From: Vicinamibacterales bacterium
GTDB taxonomy: Bacteria; Acidobacteriota; Vicinamibacteria; Vicinamibacterales; UBA823
Direction of reading: 5' to 3'
Assembly (NCBI GenBank): GCA_963667915.2
Contig: CAXXNN010000003.1
Location: forward strand, 482,014-546,013
DNA: 64,000 bases
Made by a program: the position numbers and the translations under genes. Below, piece after piece: positions 59,575 through 64,000 of this stretch (position 1 is the stretch's first letter; each line of letters opens with the position of its first letter). Below the pieces are notes generated by a model. That model searched no databases, was not told where the DNA came from, and saw only the letters and a program-made list of their open reading frames with translations.

Positions 59575-60906
59575 ATGACCGGCCCCAATATCAAGACCGC
59601 ACTCCCTGGCCCGAAGGCGACGGCGCTCATCGATCGCGACGCGACGGTCGTGTCGCCCTCCTACACGCGCGCCTACCCGCTCGTGATGGCACGCGGCGAG
59701 GGGGCACTGGTCGAGGATGTCGACGGCAATATTTTCTTGGACTGCGCCGCCGGCATCGCGGTGAACTCGACGGGCCACTCACACCCGGACGTGGTCCGCG
59801 CCATCGTCGACCAGGCGCAGCGGTTCCTGCACATGTCGGGGACCGACTTCTACTACGAGCCGCAGGTGCGGCTGGCCGAGGAGATGGCGTCGATCGTGCC
59901 CATTCCCGGTCCGGTCAAGTCGTTCTTCGGCAACTCCGGTGCCGAGGCGATCGAGGCGGCGATCAAGCTCGTGCGCCACGCGACCGGCCGGCAGAACGTC
60001 ATCGCGTTTCTCGGTTCGTTCCACGGGCGAACGCTCGGCGCGGTCGCGCTGACGGCGAGCAAGGCGATCCAGCGAACAGGCTTCGGACCGCTCACGCCGG
60101 GCGTCTATCACGCGCCGTACGCCGACTGCTATCGATGTCCGCTGAAGTTGCGGCCCGAGACGTGCGCGGCCGAGTGTCTCGACTTCATCGAGGATCAGAT
60201 TCTGCTGCATCTCGTCTCGCCCGACGAGGTGGCGGCAATCGTCGTCGAGCCGATTCAGGGGGAAGGCGGTTACATCGTGCCGCCGACGCAGTTCCTGCAG
60301 CGGCTGCGCGCGCTGACCTCCCGGTACGGGATGCTGCTCGTGGCCGACGAAGTGCAATCGGGGATGGGCCGGACCGGGCGCATGTTCGCCTGCGAGCACT
60401 TCGATCTCGAGGCGGATGTCGTCACGGTGGCGAAGGGCGTCGCCTCCGGGATGCCGCTCGGCGTGACCTCGGCGCGGGCCGACGTCATGCGCTGGCCCCC
60501 GGGATCGCACGCAAGCACGTTCGGGGGCAACCCGGTCTGTTCCGCCGCCGCGCTCGCGACGATCACGCTGCTGCGCGATCAGTTGATCGCCAATGCCGCC
60601 GCGGTCGGTGCGCACCTGATGGCCGGCTTGCGTGACCTGGCCGATCGCCACCGGCTGATCGGCGACGTCCGCGGCAAGGGTCTCATGATTGGCGTGGAGC
60701 TGGTGCGCGACCGCGAGACCAAGGAGCGGGCGATCGCCGAGCGCGAGGCGGTCGTCGAGGCGGCGTTCCGCCGGGGCGTCCTGCTGCTCGGCGCCGGGCC
60801 GAACGCCATCCGGTTCTCGCCGCCGCTGGTGCTCACCCAGGCGCAGGCCGACATCGCACTGTCGGTGTTCGATGAAGCGCTGAGCGAGGTGGAGCGGGCC
60901 GAGTAG
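59575..60906 (+). CDS. Class-III PLP aminotransferase (4-aminobutyrate/acetylornithine type)
   Basis: LPGPKA N-terminus, GNSGAEAIEAAIK, DEVQSGMGRTG, TFGGNP motifs. Confidence 0.8.
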   Translation: MTGPNIKTALPGPKATALIDRDATVVSPSYTRAYPLVMARGEGALVEDVDGNIFLDCAAGIAVNSTGHSHPDVVRAIVDQAQRFLHMSGTDFYYEPQVRLAEEMASIVPIPGPVKSFFGNSGAEAIEAAIKLVRHATGRQNVIAFLGSFHGRTLGAVALTASKAIQRTGFGPLTPGVYHAPYADCYRCPLKLRPETCAAECLDFIEDQILLHLVSPDEVAAIVVEPIQGEGGYIVPPTQFLQRLRALTSRYGMLLVADEVQSGMGRTGRMFACEHFDLEADVVTVAKGVASGMPLGVTSARADVMRWPPGSHASTFGGNPVCSAAALATITLLRDQLIANAAAVGAHLMAGLRDLADRHRLIGDVRGKGLMIGVELVRDRETKERAIAEREAVVEAAFRRGVLLLGAGPNAIRFSPPLVLTQAQADIALSVFDEALSEVERAE

Positions 60907-60908
60907 AT

Positions 60909-61121
60909 TTCTCCCTCTCCCTCCGGGAGAAGGTTGGGGTGAGGGCGAAGACGATCGCCCTCCCCGTCCCCCTCTCCCTCTGGGAGAGGGTTGGGGTGAG
61001 GGGCGAAGACGATCGCCCTCCCCGTCCTCCCTCTCCCTCCGGGAGAGGGTTGGGGTGAGAGACGAAGACGATCGCCCTCCCCGTCCCCCTCTCCCTCTGG
61101 GAGAGGGTTGGGGTGAGGGCG
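60909..61121. repeat. Tandem ~58-bp double-hairpin repeat x ~3.6
   Basis: Unit ccctctccctc[c/t]gggagagggttggggtgagggcgaagacgatcgccctccccgtc. Hairpins ccctctcc/ggagaggg and gagggcg/cgccctc. Confidence 0.9.
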
Positions 61122-61153
61122 CCACCCGGCGCGGGCTTTGCACCTGGCGGAGC

Positions 61154-61528
61154 GTGCATCGTCATCATCTCGGGAAACGGGGCGAGGATCTGGCGTGCCG
61201 GGCGCTGCGGCGCCGGGGGTACGAGATTTTCGATCGCCGTTATCGCACGCGCATAGGCGAATTGGACATCGTCGCGCGGGACGGCGACACGCTGGTCTTC
61301 ATCGAGGTCAAGACGCGGGCGACCGAGTCGTTCGGCTCGGCCTTCGAAGCGATCACCAGGTCAAAGCGGCGCGTCATCGTCCAAATGGCCTGCGACTACA
61401 TGACCAGGCGACGGAACTGGAACGGTCCGTGCCGCTTCGACGTCGTGGCCGTCACGATTCCGGACGCCGGGCGGCCCACGATCAGCATCGTCACCGGCGC
61501 GTTCGGCGCGCAACTCGACGAGGCGTGA
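61154..61528 (+). CDS. yraN: YraN-family (UPF0102) endonuclease-like protein
   Basis: GKRGEDLACRALRRRGYEI...GELDIVA...LVFIEVKTR motifs. GTG 61154 chosen; upstream codons of the tracked ORF are tandem-repeat sequence. Confidence 0.7.
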   Translation: MHRHHLGKRGEDLACRALRRRGYEIFDRRYRTRIGELDIVARDGDTLVFIEVKTRATESFGSAFEAITRSKRRVIVQMACDYMTRRRNWNGPCRFDVVAVTIPDAGRPTISIVTGAFGAQLDEA

Positions 61529-61548
61529 GGCGCGGCTCGTGCGCCGTC

Positions 61549-61578
61549 TTGAAGGGCTCCGGACGGCTATGCTAAGGT
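61549..61578 (+). promoter_or_regulatory. Promoter TTGAAG-N18-(TGc)TAAGGT for the tRNA-Gly/tRNA-Cys pair
   Basis: -35 at 61549-61554 and -10 at 61573-61578, about 20 nt before the tRNA-Gly 5' end. Confidence 0.3.
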
Positions 61579-61609
61579 GGCAAGGTTCGGCTGGGTGAGC
61601 GGGAGTAAC

Positions 61610-62961
<1,352 letters not shown>

Positions 62962-62965
<4 letters not shown>

Positions 62966-63159
62966 TTGCCGCCCTTCTTCTGCTGAACGCGGCGCTCACG
63001 GACTTCTGGCGGCAACTCGACTCTCGCGTTCTCGAGCCAATCGGTAATGGCACGGCGGAGCTGCTCAGCTTCGGGGATGCCGTCCCGGTCCTTCACGGTT
63101 TTCAGTGCAGCATCCTGCCATCTGTCGATCCAGAAGGTCACACGCCTGCGCTCAGGCAT
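62962..63159 (-). CDS. Small ribbon-helix-helix-type DNA-binding protein (excisionase/repressor candidate)
   Basis: 66 aa, MPERRRVTFWIDRWQDAALKTVKDRDGIPEAEQLRRAITDWL (beta-strand then two helices). Its stop overlaps the integrase start. Repeated operator-like sites lie upstream. Confidence 0.55.
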
Positions 63160-63188
63160 ATACAGCATTATACAGGAATTCCTGTATA
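63159..63188. promoter_or_regulatory. Operator-like site: tatacag direct repeat plus 20-bp palindrome tatacaggaattcctgtata
   Basis: Palindrome 63169-63188 overlaps a minus-strand TATAAT (63172-63167). A third tatacag sits at 63159-63165. Immediately upstream of the RHH gene. Confidence 0.5.
63167..63172 (-). promoter_or_regulatory. -10 box TATAAT, 7 nt before the RHH ATG (leaderless type)
   Basis: Minus strand reads cctgTATAATgctgtatATG. Confidence 0.4.
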
Positions 63189-63335
63189 CCAGACACAATA
63201 ATCCTCTTGGCGCGATACGAGAGATGTAACCGCTGTTTGAGCATGTGTTTGCCGCCACCAACGAAGGGCGTATGCTCAGTTCCTCACCGGCCCAACCGCC
63301 CCTGAGGAAGACCGAAGAGGAGCGAGAACTTACAG

Positions 63336-63692
63336 GTGACGAACCTAAAGCCAAACCTCATCGTGAAGGGCTCGATTCTCCCGGAACCGATCAAGATTAT
63401 TGCGATCGTCCCGATGGGCGACTCGCTCAAGCTCATCGGTGAGGGGCTTGCGTCCGGAAAAGTCCACCAGCCCGTTCTCACGAAGGAGCAGCTCGCCGAG
63501 CTCGAGGTGGCCCCTGACAAGCCACCCTTTGACGGCGACTCTGGGCGCTTTCGTCTTGGAATCGAGGCTATGCGCCTTGCTCTCGCGTACGAATACGACC
63601 CCTACTTCAGCCTTTCCATTGCCCGCATTGACCCGTTGCCGCACCAGCTTGAGGCAGTCTACGAGTACTTTCTTCGACTGCCAGAGATATAA
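63336..63692 (+). pseudogene. 5' fragment of an SF2 (SNF2/DEAD-like) helicase gene, truncated by IS insertion
   Basis: 118 codons ending ...SIARIDPLPHQLEAVYEYFLRLPEI*. The PHQ-type Q-motif region stops just before where Walker A (GxGKT) is expected. IS256-like end and transposase follow immediately. Confidence 0.6.
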
Positions 63693-64000
63693 CCGAAAGT
63701 TGTGTTTGAGGTTTTGAACAGGCGGCGTACCCTGGGTGTTGCTAACGCACCCCCCTCACCCGAAGGGCAAGGAGGTACGCCACCATGCCGGAGCCTAACG
63801 AAAAGCTGGTCCAGTTCCCACAAGAATCGTCCCGAGATGTCCTGACCGAGGTGCTGCACCGCGGAGCGCAACAGATGTTGCTGACGGCGATCGAGGCCGA
63901 GGTGGACGACTACCTTGCGGCCCGGGCGGCGACGATGGACGCGGCCGGGCGCCGGCGCGTCGTTCGCAACGGCCACTTGCCCACTCGGGCGATTCAAACG
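63685..64000 (+). mobile_element. Left end of an IS256-family insertion sequence (continues beyond window)
   Basis: Sequence gatataaccgaaagttgtgtttga resembles the IS256 left inverted repeat as I recall it. AAGGAGG 63769-63775, then transposase ATG 63785. Confidence 0.6.
63785..64000 (+). CDS. IS256-family (Mutator-type) transposase, N-terminal 72 codons (3' end outside window)
   Basis: My own translation: MPEPNEKLVQFPQESSRDVLTEVLHRGAQQMLLTAIEAEVDDYLAARAATMDAAGRRRVVRNGHLPTRAIQT. The AIEAEV...GRR.VVRNGHLP.R.I.T pattern is typical of IS256-family N-termini. Confidence 0.75.
   Translation, partial: MPEPNEKLVQFPQESSRDVLTEVLHRGAQQMLLTAIEAEVDDYLAARAATMDAAGRRRVVRNGHLPTRAIQT

Noticed and set aside
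59779-61143. 454-aa minus-strand ORF with SPQPSPRGRGGRGGRSSS repeats.
   Set aside because: It is antisense to a well-supported aminotransferase gene. Its N-terminal repeats are just the translated 58-bp hairpin repeats.

Overview
High-GC bacterial chromosomal window (about 68-70% GC in stretches I counted by hand). It carries about 57 mostly housekeeping genes on both strands, many translationally coupled through ATGA/GTGA overlaps.

Gene order:
- late futalosine-pathway menaquinone genes (mqnC-like, amidohydrolase, UbiA/MqnP-like, ubiX, ubiE), tonB-like, miaA, deoB, dGTPase-like
- yceD-rpmF-plsX-fabD-fabG-acpP-fabF (no fabH), etfB-etfA-ETF:quinone oxidoreductase, DUF374, HDAC-like, thiolase
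- a low-GC orphan secreted protein, then leuS-lptE-holA
- minus-strand run: rpsT, S4/Hsp15-like, lytic transglycosylase, alaS, recX, pilT, ilvE, an active Ser/Thr kinase
- rsmE, hrcA-grpE-dnaJ, xdhC-like, class-A PBP, bshC, a PEGA-domain pseudokinase, carA-carB, comEC, mazG
- DUF1844, MBL hydrolase, ribF, cysS, class-III aminotransferase, yraN, tRNA-Gly(GCC), tRNA-Cys(GCA)

The gene content (LptE/TonB diderm markers, futalosine pathway, BshC, PEGA kinases) would fit an Acidobacteriota-like soil bacterium. I cannot verify that without a search.

Signals the housekeeping genes do not explain:
1. A 110-bp x ~7 GC-rich tandem satellite between bshC and the PBP gene.
2. A family of ~178-bp inverted-repeat (MITE-like) elements with CTAG at each end: three full copies plus several fragments and solo inverted-repeat ends sitting exactly on gene boundaries, some supplying stop codons.
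3. A separate 164-bp element with perfect 25-bp terminal inverted repeats upstream of ilvE.
4. A 58-bp double-hairpin tandem repeat and a heptamer array lying between a Shine-Dalgarno (SD) sequence and its start codon.
5. A diverged ghost copy of the mazG 3' end inside an inverted-repeat-bounded intergenic segment.
6. A recurring promoter architecture, TGnTAnnnT placed 6-7 nt before an ATG, which implies leaderless transcripts, plus two palindromic candidate bidirectional -10 boxes.
7. The edge of an integrated island at tRNA-Cys: a tyrosine integrase whose ORF runs antisense through both tRNAs, a ribbon-helix-helix (RHH) gene with a palindromic operator, and a defence-type SF2 helicase gene cut off by an IS256-family insertion.

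I cannot name a complete multi-gene novel system inside the window. The island continues past nt 64000.
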